Positions 8,870 to 20,000 of a stretch of DNA of 20,000 nucleotides are shown piece after piece. Source of the DNA: Seison nebaliae (taxonomy: Eukaryota). The notes under the pieces are model-generated. The model was not told the origin of the DNA, did no database searches, and saw only the letters and a list, made by a program, of their open reading frames with translations. Position 1 is the stretch's first letter, and each line of letters begins with the position of its first letter. The position numbers and the translations under genes are program-made. The DNA lies in assembly GCA_023231475.1 (NCBI GenBank), contig JALJEE010000939.1:44249-64248 (forward strand). The letters are read 5' to 3'.

Positions 8870-11800
8870 CTCTGATGGGGAAGTAGAAGAGGAAGAAATT
8901 GGAGGAAATGGAAACTTCAGGAAATCTTCTACGGAAACAAATAAAAAATTTTTTGTGTTGAGTAAACGAAAATTTTAGTGGAGATATCTCATCTTTTAAT
9001 AGATAGGTGTAGAGATGTGTGCCATAATAATATTAAACATTTCCCTAAATGATTATTAGTTTTCCATTAAGGAAATGTCACGAAAGAGAGCACTAATATT
9101 CATTAGATTGAATGGAAAAATAAAACAAATTGAACAATTTCCTTTATTCTCTTACCGTACCTCTCATTATTATCGTTAATGTTATTGAAATCAATTTCTT
9201 TCGAGAATCAAACGTAATTTCTTCAAAGATTTTTTATTAGATTTCTATTCGATCTCATCTTTCCTTCTGATCAAACATTTCATATCGTTAGATCATAACA
9301 AAGCCACCAGACATTATTGGCAGTTTATGGTATATGCCGATTCTCTTTCAAATTTATTCGAATTATCTCATGACATAAATAGAACGATGATAATTTGGAA
9401 TGATAAGACATTTTATTCTATACTACACCTTCAAATGGTATACATGTTGATTCTGATCGTAATTATTGTTGTTTTACAGAAACGGCAATGTGAGAATATG
9501 GAGTAGAATGGATGAATAAGATAAATCGAATACAGTTTAGAATAAATCGAGGAAACTGTTATTATGATAGTTGACTTTTTAGTCAAAGTCTACATTCAAA
9601 CTTAATAATGTTTAATGCATTCTCATTAAATAACTTATAGGATGAATAGTGGGAAGATTAATGACATTCATTAATGAACTTGCCCATATTTCTTTTTTGG
9701 AAGTTGCATTAAACTTATTTTCTTAAGGTAAATCTAAAATATTATAATTGTGCTTAACGTAGAAAATAGATAATATCATCTTCCACTTTCTAAATAGATA
9801 CGATTACTAAGAAAGAAAGAGTGGATAAATAGACGATGTCATACATAACTAGATTGATATGCACTAAAAGAAGCTAAAATTTGATACGTCTGAAGCAAGA
9901 AAAGGATAAATATTTAATTAATAATTATCATAATTTTTGCCCGGTTACTGTTGCTCTTGATGGTTTTTTTTTGTTGAGTGGGGGAGTAGTTGTTAAAATT
10001 TTCTTGCACACATTCTATTTTTCATCAAATCCTCAATTCTTTGGAAACTATTTCTGATGAATATATTAAGTATGAATGAAGGAAATCGATGTTACTAATA
10101 ATAATCGAAAAGAAGAATGATGAATGACGTCCGATTTTTCCGACAGAACTACCAACCGAAACGATGACATTAATTTGTTTAGTTAATGATAAAATGATTC
10201 TTAGTCCTCATTCAATCACATATTCCTTCAAACAAATGAAGGAAACGTAAAGACATTTTCTTTTTCAATTTGTACAAAAATCGATTGGTTGTACCTCCAC
10301 TCCTAAATACAGGACAAAAATGTATTTAATAATATTTCTCCTGATGTCTCTTATGTGAGATGATAGAATTTTCGTTTAATTTCGTTTGCATTAAATGTAT
10401 TTTGGTGCGGAAAGAAAGAAGTATTATGTTTCGATAATTTTGAAGAAATAAAATGATAATAAACAGATCTAATTGTGGATAATAATGGAAATATTTGGCA
10501 TGGAATAATATTCGGAATGATCATCCTTCTCTATCAGTTAATTATCAACACCGAAAAATGACTTTAATTATTCTTCTGCCATTCTTCTTGTAAAGTAAAT
10601 TGAAAGAAAATCCAACCAACCCCAAACAAAAGAAGAAGATGATATGTGTAATCAAATCAGAAATATGAATAGAGTGAATGTGAAGAAATCCCAAGAATCA
10701 GGGAACTTATTTTGAACAATAACTCATTTCGCTGTGTCACTAATAAATGAGTATTCTATTCACCAATTCTTACAAGATTTAAGTATACCAATATAATATG
10801 AAGTATAAGAATATTAAAAGTTGCAATTCTCTCATTGCGGCAACCACCTCACTCCTCCCCAATTCCAATATAAAACGTCAAAACATAAAAACATTTCCTA
10901 TAAATCATAGAAAATGTTAAGAGAATTGAAATACTTCAAAAATTGTTTTTGATTTTGTTATATTAAAATTCGAAGACTTCAGCAATACGAGAATATGTTG
11001 AGGAATCAATATCACTGTCCAACAATTTTTTATAAAACTGCTAAATAACATTTTTATAAGAATGAGAATTGTCGTTGTATGAAAAACGTGGAACCTTAGT
11101 TTAGTGCCGTTACTTTAATGTGTCGATAACATTTTAGTCAAATTATTAATCGAAATGCAAATGATGCATTAATAAGAACACTTTCAGAAAACAAACAATA
11201 TTTATTGAGTTACAAATTAGTTAACGAAATGCTTCAACGAAAAAAAAATGTGCAACTAAATGTAATTTTAACATGTTTCGATAACCATTTTAAAAGGAAA
11301 TAAGATATATTCAAATTCTTGGTGTTCTTGAATAATTCAAGGATCTTTATAAATTTATTTTAACCTAATTCAATGTATCAGGAACTAAATAAAATGCATT
11401 TGAAATTGAAGGAAGTGAATATTCTTATTAAATTAATATTAATAGTTCACAATTTTCGTTAATTCTTTTTCAATTTCTGAAAAATTCCAAGTGGAAAACA
11501 GTTTAACCTAGTTAAAATTTATAATTAAAATAATTAGTTTCTTTTTACCATTTGCTTCTTAAATTAAACAAAAAATCAGAATAAGTTTCTTCGTCAGTAA
11601 TAAATTTTAGTTTAATTAATTCGATATTCGTTGTAGGAATTCTCCATCCTTTTACGATATCATTTATATGGACGAAATGGAAGTAATGAAATATTTAAAA
11701 ATTTGCTAATACATTTTGGAAATAATGAATCGTTCATTGTTTCGACAGAACGCACATGTGCACCAAAATTGCGTTTATCGATATTACTGAGAATGTGGTT

Positions 11801-12363
11801 GTTTTGTTTGATATGAAGAAGATTGTGTGTCTGTAAATAATATGAAACTCTTGAGATAATTATGAAGAATTAGAGATGATGATGATGATGATCTTAAGTA
11901 AAGAGACACCGTTGGGTTTTATGCATTCAATATGCACATACCTTTTGGTATTCGTTAACACATCCATCCTACTCATCTAATTGTTGATTGATTCATTTAT
12001 TGGATTGTTACATTTTAATAGAGTTATGAATGTAGGATGAATTATCTTTAAGGATTTTTTTGTTTCGAATTATTGAGTTATCTCAACTAATTCGAAAAGA
12101 AAAATACTTATTGTTACAACGAAAATTTGTTGGTCGAAATGCATATGAAAAATGGTTCCAACATAATTGGATGTATACTGGATGAAAGTAACCTTCAAAT
12201 AAGTAAATTCATATTTGTAATTATTTGTATAGAATAATAACAATATGTAAGGAGTGATGCACCTAACTCCCCAAAATTCTTTAGGATTTTGAGAAATGTA
12301 ATTAAAAATTTTATTTCATTTCCGACGTCTTATGGAAATTTGATATTTTCGATTAATCATTCG

Positions 12364-12977
12364 TTAAGATAGTTCGAGAAGTTCTCTAATATCAATCTCG
12401 CGAATAGCATAATCATTTGTCTTTTCATCTCTTTCATAAAACCGATGCAGGTACGAACTTGAAATTTTATTAGAGAAAACATTGAACGTTGAACGTAATC
12501 GAAAAAGATGTACTCTGAAATAAAAAAATCTAAAAAAACCAGAATAATTTTCCTGAAATGATATTACATTTCAATAATATCGTTATTAGTTCGAATATCA
12601 TCTCAAATTATTTGACGGACGTAATTCATCAAAAGGTAGTTCCTTTCCTAGTCTTTCCCCTTTTGAAAAGTTTTTCAACAATCTTTCGAATTTTTTTGTC
12701 AAATATTTGACATGTTTTCCCGTCCTTTCTTGTACAGAAAATATTTGGTGAAGAAGTAAGACATAATTTACAAAAAATTTTGGTTTATAAAAATTCTAAA
12801 TCGGTTTGTTTTTCTGGTTTGTACCCAAAAATATAATTCAGTTTTATAGACGAACATAAAAAGTATTAAAAGATAAGGATTATGAAAATTAACTCGATGT
12901 TTAGTAAGTTTACGGTTTAAACGATTTGGCGTATCGGAATGTAACATCAGATACATCATGTCAACCTCATGTTTCAT
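12364..12977 (-). CDS. Speculative three-exon orphan ORF or decayed coding remnant; complement(join(12364..12514,12617..12795,12894..12977)), 137 aa
   Basis: Three open segments (MKHEVDMM..KHR | NFYKPKFF..DELRP | VHLFRLRS..ELLELS*) can be joined by GTTAAT..TAG and GTCAAA..TTTCAG introns. The first acceptor has a poor pyrimidine tract, and no homology is recognised. Confidence 0.2.
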
Positions 12978-15070
12978 CGAATTTTTCCTTGTCTACATTT
13001 GTTAAACTGACTTTTTGAATTATTTACAATAACTATATAGATTATAGAAAAAATAATCTTATAGATAATCCACCATTCTTAATCAATTATGTTCTTTGCA
13101 TCTTCATTTTTAGTGTAAACCAGCCTTGGCAAAGGTAACTCTCATTTGTTGAAACATTGAATAATTTCCATCTTGCGTAACATAACTGATGGAATGGAGA
13201 ATCAATTAGAAATGATTAGATGTAATGCTTTTAGCAAAAGTGCCATAATTTGCTTCAGTTAAAATGACCTTACCAATTGTGCAGTTTAACAATTATTTCA
13301 TTCCAAACTTTTAACGAACTGGACAACGATCATATTATGTCTTAACAATTCGTTTTAACACAATCTCTAAAGATATCTGCAAACGAAAAGAATATTCGGG
13401 TTAATTCTTTTAATCTCTAATTTACTTTCAATTGCCTTCATTCTAACATACGAAAATAATTACTAATCTTCTACTTGTGCGTTGCCTTTAACATATTTAA
13501 TTTTCATTTTTCCATCCTTCTATCCTAATGTGAAACTTTCTAAAATATCATCTTCTCAAAATTAAACGATTAGAAAAAGAAAAATGTATTTCCATTTTTG
13601 ACTGTAAATTATACATCTTTGTTTTCGTTCTTCCATTTGGAACAATGATATATTGATACATATATTAAATGATGATATGAGAGAAGAACGTTCTTCGTCC
13701 GTTCCTCCTTCTCGATCATATAAAAAATAAAGGAAATATCTATTTCTGTGGATAATACAGCTGTGGATAAGATAAATAAAATCGATAGCAATAAACGATT
13801 GAGATAAAGATGCAAACTCACGAATTGTATAGAGATCTCCTCAACCGTTTTTGTTCGTTTGTGGCTTTCTTTCTTTCTTTTTGTGGTAAGAATTTGGAGT
13901 TCAGAATAAAATATTTTATCGTTCTCTACACAAATATTTAATGTTTAAAATTTTCACTGCATATATCATATCTACCTATTGAACTCCATCCGCTCACATT
14001 TTACAATACGGATTTAGATAACATCAAGAATCTATTAAAAATATCGATGTTACTGATAGAACAATCTTGATGTAGATGTAGAATAGGTGAAGAATATCTG
14101 TACGTAAAAGAAAAGACTCAGATTATTTTCCGATGTTATTAATTGTTGTGTAACTGTTGAAATTAATTTCATCGTATACAAAAGATGAAAGATGTTTTAG
14201 AAAATAAAGTGCACAAATAATTGATGGAAAGAAATAATTGAGAAAGAAGAAGAAATCGTTCGTAGATAGAGTAAAAGTTAACATCGAAAATGATGCAACT
14301 GAATTATTTCGTAAAACATTTACCCATGTTCTCTATCAGCCAACTCTAGCATTTGATGATTCGACGTGGAGAAGAAGAAATTATGCACATCGTATGGAAA
14401 CAGGAGATTAGCAACAGGTCTCACCAGATGATGAAACGGTTCATCCTTTCAGTCGTTTATTGCTAATTAAGCAGGAGTTCTCTAACCATCGAAATATTAA
14501 ATCAAAATATTAAATCGAAATGATAAAATTAAATGAGAAATTAATCTAGTTTTTCTTGAAGGTTCTTCCTCAAAACAACATTCACACAAACATCATTCAC
14601 CATTAGATATTCATTCACCCTGGTGGAAAGATAAAAAACGACTCCAGTTCTTATATACTTTATATTTTAGACCTCTTAATTATTATTTTAAAACGGCTCC
14701 TTCCGCTTTCATGAGGAGTTTACTTCACATAATCGTCTATAGAACTTCTTAACGAAGTTAAACTCCTCATATTCAAGATATTTTTATTTCCCAAGTAGTC
14801 TCCCCTCCACAACCATGATGATGAAAAGGTTTTCTTTTTAAATATCCTTTAACTATTCTTTATTTCTCCATCAGTTTTCTTATGTTTTTGCTTGTTGTTT
14901 CGATGTTCTCATCAATATTTTCTTCCATCGTGTATTCCTGCCGTTGTTGAAATTGCGTTGAAAATTAAAAAACAAATATATTCTTTTTTTGTTTCTTCCC
15001 AATAATAACAAAATTCTAGAGAACCTCTTACTTCTTATTTTGATTCGTGAATAGTAACTAATTCATTTTA

Positions 15071-18000
15071 ATGTCTTTAATTTCAAGGAATTATCCAAAT
15101 TATCAAACAACTTCATATGAACCAAATGCTTCTCAATATCAGCCTGAACACAGTCGAACTTCTTTGAATAAATACCATTGGAAAGAAGAAGATAAACCGA
15201 ATGAATTATATTCAAATTGGAATCATCAAGACAATCCCAATGAACGGTCGACGAATGATACGTCTCTGAGAAGAATAAGTAAGAAAGCCATCGAACTCAA
15301 TACGTTACTCAACAAGAATGGCCCGACGAAGAATCGCATTACAATTTCATCAATAAAACCCGACCTGAAATCTTATAATAATATCATTTCTGATACAAAT
15401 AAAAATAATCATTATTATAATCGTTCGAATGATTATCAAACCAATTCCAAATATGAGAAGACTATTGAAATTCAACCGACAAAATATTCGGTTTTAATGC
15501 AACCAATTCATTCTCCAACGAGTTTTAATAATCAGAATTACGAACAGAATTATCATCAGAATCAACAACCATCATTGATCACTAATTATAATAACAATCA
15601 GAGAAATAATTTCACTCATCAACCAAATTCATTCGATAATAACAATAGTAATCAACCCAGAAAGAATAGTATTGTGACTCTGAACTTAAGACGAATAAAC
15701 ACACAATTAAATGATTCGGAATCTATCAATAAATTCGGATATATTTATTACGATCCTGATAAACAATCAATAAATAAGCAAATTGAATCCAATCAATCAA
15801 ATATGGATCGATCTGGAGCAATGCCATTTCGAAGAACAACAATATCATCAATTAATATTCCAATGGCTGACTATGACAATGCAGTTCCATCCAATAAATT
15901 AAATAAATGGAATATTAAAAGACGTCTCAGTAGTGAAACCGAAAATATCAAAGATTTATCCACCGATTATGATTACACACCTCACCATAATCCGGTAGGC
16001 GAGAGTAATAATCCAATTGCTATCAAGATCAGTAGTACTGCACCAACTATTCATCGACTACCGAAATATAATCAATCTCCAAATAACGAGAATAATAATA
16101 TGATTCAAAATAAATTTTCTAATTATGATTATGGTCGATATCAACCAAAATATTCCAATTTCTCTCAAAATAATGATAAAATATTTTATCCTCAACCCAC
16201 TCTACAATCGATTAACAAACCGAATTCTTTTTATAATCCTGATTCATCACCCGCTTCATATAAACCTGATTTATCATCAACATCTTATAAACCTGATATA
16301 CCATCAACGTCTTATAAACCTGATATACCATCAACATCTGATAAACCTGATCTGGCATCAACATCTTATAAACCCAATTTGTCACCAAGAAATTACCAAC
16401 CTGAACCATCATTATTATCATACAAATCAGAACCATCAGCAATGTCGTACAATCCCGATCAATCGCCAGTATCATATGAAAATCGTTATAAACCATTTAG
16501 TCGTCCAAGTAACCTGAAATTATTTACTCCAATGGCACAACCAAATATTTGGCAACCTCAAGTTCACACTCCAAAATCGACGTCAGAAGATTCTCAAAAA
16601 AGTTTTCCCGTTTTTACCGACAGTTATTCGACAGGACAGACTGATCAGGAAAATTATTCGAATCCCATTTATCAACCATCAGAATCAACACTTGTGCCAC
16701 AAAAAATCGAACCTCAATATGACGAATGGTGGAAGAATGAGAAAGATATCGAGAATTATGACAGAAACGAACCAAATGACCATTATCGAATGGGGAGACC
16801 ATTAGCACGAAAAACTCATTCAGAAAAATATCGTTCATGTTCCCCATCTAAAAACAGTTTCAATATTCGATCTTATAATAATCATTCATTCATGTATCTT
16901 AAACTAATTTGTTCTAACAGAAATTGGTAGTCGGAGATCGGTAATGCCATGTTGCCCACCGTATTTCGGAGATGTACATCGTCGAAGTCGCATGGACTTA
17001 AAGAATGAGCACAAACGCTTAGCACATGCCATAGCTGCATCATTAGATCCATCAGTTAGTAAACAATTATTTAACACACCAACATCTTTGGGAAGTCATA
17101 ATGACATGCTCAAGGTATTCTCCTTTATTGTTACCGTTGCCAGAAAACTACCTTTCTATTTCATCTATCTATCTATATATCTATCTATCTATTTACATAT
17201 GCTATTTTATTACTTAATTCCTTTCTAATTATTTTACACAAACATCTTCATAAAACGTGCCATTCCCTAAAAGATCGTTTTAATATAGGAGAAACACTTT
17301 CGAAAAAAACAAAAATCTCTAAAATTATTGCCATTAACAGGTTACAGAACGATTAGCTGAGAGAGAGAAAATGAGACAAGGATATCCTGCTTCCGAATGC
17401 CAAAGTGTTCTCGATACGGAAATACCAGATGTCGTCCTTCGAAGTGTTGAGATGGCGAAGCAGCAAGTTAAAATTTCTTCCAATTACTCAATAGCTTTTG
17501 GATTTTTCTTGCAGGATGCAAATTCACAAATCGCTTGTGCTAACGATTGGGCAGATACGAGGGCAGCGGTGGGTGAAATTTCCTGTCCAGAAACTACATC
17601 TCAGATAAGTGCAGCACATGCCATAGCTAACGATATAACTGGAGGATTACAATCGCCATTCGGACGCTCATCTGGAAAAGGAGCAAAATTATTTCAAGTT
17701 TCGATAATAAAATTCATTCTCCATCTTTTTAATTATTATTTCCAATCGTTAACAGAAAAGAAGGGAACGTAGTGAAAAATTTATTGTTGATGAACAAACG
17801 AGAAATCGTTTCCAACCGACGACTCAAACACCAACACCAGTTTATGCCGAATTACCGATAAGATATACCCAAAGTGATGCAGATGAAATCAGTTCATACG
17901 ATCGATCTTCCACCAATCAATACAATTTTTATAATCCAGAACAAAATGCTGCACCAAAAGTATTCCCATCTTATTTACCTGCCAATCTCAAAGTTTAATT

Positions 18001-18256
18001 ATATTATTAAATAAATTTTTTTTACATGTTTAAATTTTCATTTATTCTAAAATTAAAGAATGAAAAACCATCAAACGAGTATAGTGATCGACGTACATTT
18101 AACGCCAAACCAAAAGGTTGGACACCAAATTACACAAGTTCCCGTTTTTTTTCGAGAGGTTTCTAACAACTTCATTTTTGATATGTTTCAGTGACAACAC
18201 CTTCATTACAATCGTTCTCAACAAATACGGAGAAGCCAAATTATACGGATTTATAG
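15071..18256 (+). CDS. Synaptopodin/myopodin- or myozenin(calsarcin)-like, largely disordered protein; join(15071..16856,16921..17114,17341..17466,17515..17697,17756..17992,18059..18137,18192..18256), about 889 aa
   Basis: Splicing 17698-17755 creates SGKGAKLFQ|KRRERSEKFIVDE, resembling the [KR]GxxLF.[KR]R..R.EK[YF] motif of SYNPO2 and myozenins. A later exon has RRTFNAKPKGW, and the C-terminus is NYTDL*. The N-terminal ~595 aa are N/S/P/Y/Q-rich. The donors of the first intron (16833 or 16857) and last intron (18138, 18144 or 18159) are ambiguous. Confidence 0.72.
16232..16474 (+). repeat. Coding 27-bp tandem repeat, nine units
   Basis: YNPDSSPAS YKPDLSSTS YKPDIPSTS YKPDIPSTS DKPDLASTS YKPNLSPRN YQPEPSLLS YKSEPSAMS YNPDQSPVS; core DNA unit TATAAACCTGATATACCATCAACATCT. 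Confidence 0.92.
17155..17192 (+). repeat. Imperfect (TCTA)n microsatellite inside intron 17115-17340
   Basis: tcatctatctatctatatatctatctatctat. Confidence 0.8.
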
Positions 18257-18567
18257 AAGGATCGTTAATTAATAATTTATTTTTGATTATTGATGGTGAA
18301 ATTAATAATCTCTCTTAAACATTTAATGATAATAACCCGGTCTTCAATATTTTTGCGCTTCAATCTCATTTTTGCATTCGAAATGTTTATCGCATTTATG
18401 ATTTTACTTCATATGGGAATATAATCATCTTTCTCTATATTTCAACAAAATAACTTGCGATATTCATTGACATCTCTTGGCTTCTATATAAATTAATGGT
18501 ATTACTTCCATCACAACCTTAACCAACCGAACAAGTGTTTTATTATTTTTAACTACAAAAATAATCG

Positions 18568-19631
18568 ATGAATAAACTTACGTTAAATAAAATGATATTT
18601 CATATTTCATTTATCCTTCTCCTTATATTTCGATCCATCCAAGGTTCGTTCAATTTGGATGTTCTTCAAATATTTCATTTTCTCATTATCATTAGGAGAC
18701 TTAAGAGATTATGGTGGAATTTATTTATGGAGAGATTTTTGTAAAAATGATAAAATGTTGATAAACATTCGTCTCACTTCCACCAATACCAGTAGTCCAA
18801 ATCATAAAAAATCAGACAAATGTACATTAGAGACTTTTGCATTCAAAGAAAAGCATACTATGACTGATTTCTTATTTTACACTATTTATTTTCAAATCGT
18901 AAACCAAATGGATAGAAAAGTGACGACGCCGGGAGAAAAGAAAGAATCGTTTAAACCGTTCGATATGGAATTCGAGTTTGATGTTAATAGAAATTTGACA
19001 GTTGATCAACGTTTTCCTGTAAATAAATACTTATTGAAATGTGAAGATTCAAGGGGCAATGATCGGGCATTTGTTATTATAACTCTCATATAAAATTAGT
19101 TTGTTCATTTTAGATAAAAGATTTCCTTCTCTGCAACAGGCTGTGAAGGGAATATCGTTATTCCAATGACGAACAAAAAATTAGTAATAGCTGCACCATT
19201 AGCGCCATGTGAGGTTCAGAATTATTATCAAATCGATCTAATATTCGTCATAAGTTAAATTAGACAATAATGACTCTTGAAACTCAACCGAACGATACAT
19301 TGTTCCTACATTTATGTCTCTTCGCCAGAGGTGATGCAGTTCAAAACAATTCATCATCGGTTTATCAATTAACAATCTCAACAGTTGAATTAATTGTCTA
19401 TTGCAGGTACCTACCGAATTCTTACCTTTGAAAGATATCACCTTCTTCTATCCCAACAATTATTTGCAGGACAGAAGTGCCCAACCAAAATTCCCTATGA
19501 ACAGTTTATCGAGAATCTTAGGCTCCGCTTTAATCATTTCCATACCCGTCATTATAATTTGCATCATATCGTGGATTGTATTCTGCGTTAAATTATCTCT
19601 AAAAGATCATCATATTATTATGAGAAAATAA
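18568..19631 (+). CDS. Orphan single-pass type I membrane glycoprotein; join(18568..18643,18696..19072,19121..19213,19264..19359,19407..19631), about 288 aa (alternative ATG at 18592)
   Basis: Signal peptide MIFHISFILLLIFRSIQG. Ectodomain with six Cys and several N-x-S/T sequons. TM segment ILGSALIISIPVIIICIISWIVFCV and short tail KLSLKDHHIIMRK*. Four 47-52-nt GT-AG introns maintain the frame. Confidence 0.78.
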
Positions 19632-19834
19632 AAATTGTTATAAAAAAATTTTCAATTAATAACTGAACTTAAACTAACATAAGTCATTAAAATTTAACTT
19701 TTTGGTGAGGTATAACCAAAACTATTTGGCACTTTCATGAGAAATACTGAACATCATAATACGTGCTAATTTGAATTTCTATCATCTTTATACTATTTTT
19801 CACTAAATTACAAAATTCTGTATGAAATGACCAG

Positions 19835-19843
19835 TATAAATAG
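19835..19843 (+). promoter_or_regulatory. Putative TATA box of the gene starting at 19936
   Basis: TATAAATAG about 100 nt upstream of the ATG, with a TCA initiator-like triplet about 30 nt downstream. Confidence 0.45.
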
Positions 19844-19935
19844 AAAGAAAAAAGACAATTTAAATCATCAAATTTTATTTCTCAATTCATAACAAGCAAT
19901 CTCAATTTATTCTTTAGAATTACCAAATACCAACA

Positions 19936-20000
19936 ATGAATGTCATGTATTACGTCGCCGTCTTTTGTTTAATGGCAGCTGCTGCTGTTAATGGACAACG
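19936..20000 (+). CDS. 5' end of a secreted or membrane protein gene (runs off the window)
   Basis: ACAATG context; MNVMYYVAVFCLMAAAAVNGQ is a typical signal peptide, and the frame is open to the window edge. Confidence 0.65.
   Translation, partial: MNVMYYVAVFCLMAAAAVNGQ

Noticed and set aside
13609..13821. 70-aa minus-strand ORF with a hydrophobic N-terminus
   Set aside because: It has a non-ATG start and its composition is explained by AT-richness.
14238..14513. 92-codon + strand frame with a single internal TAG (possible readthrough or pseudogene)
   Set aside because: It has no ATG start, no recognisable homology and no splice support. All confident genes use TAA, TAG and TGA as true stops, so there is no evidence of code reassignment.
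16232..16474. Regular repeats as a possible CRISPR array
   Set aside because: The units are contiguous without unique spacers, lie in frame within a coding exon, and the context is eukaryotic.
16125..16517. Overlapping 130-aa (+) and 94-aa (-) ORFs with HQHLINLIY / MVYQVYK repeats
   Set aside because: These are alternative-frame shadows of the 27-bp coding repeat in the 15071 gene.
18118..19591. ORFs 18118-18318 (+), 19238-19441 (-) and 19394-19591 (+), plus 8441-8653 (+) elsewhere
   Set aside because: They overlap better-supported spliced genes in other frames or strands.

Overview
Very AT-rich, compact eukaryotic (animal) genomic DNA with short spliceosomal introns (mostly 39-66 nt), so the raw ORF track fragments or misses the genes. 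Manual splicing gives six complete gene models and one partial gene. They are: a 3xEGF cell-surface protein (1103-1740, +); a BAZ1A/ACF1 chromatin-remodelling subunit with a half-eroded PHD finger and no bromodomain (2935-7040, +); ribosomal protein RPS29 (7889-8192, +, absent from the ORF track); an orphan secreted protein (8428-8869, -); a synaptopodin/myozenin-like Z-disc protein (15071-18256, +); an orphan type I membrane protein (18568-19631, +); and the signal peptide of a further gene at the right edge. The most striking signal is a non-standard 5' splice-site code: 16 of 20 inferred coding introns start GTT, only 3 have +5 G, and none is GTAAG. This includes both RPS29 introns, which sit at conserved positions. 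A 58% GC structured island at about 2500-2580 is an ncRNA candidate. Positions 9000-15000 have no confidently identifiable gene. The taxon is not established; a small-genome invertebrate such as a syndermatan is only a guess.
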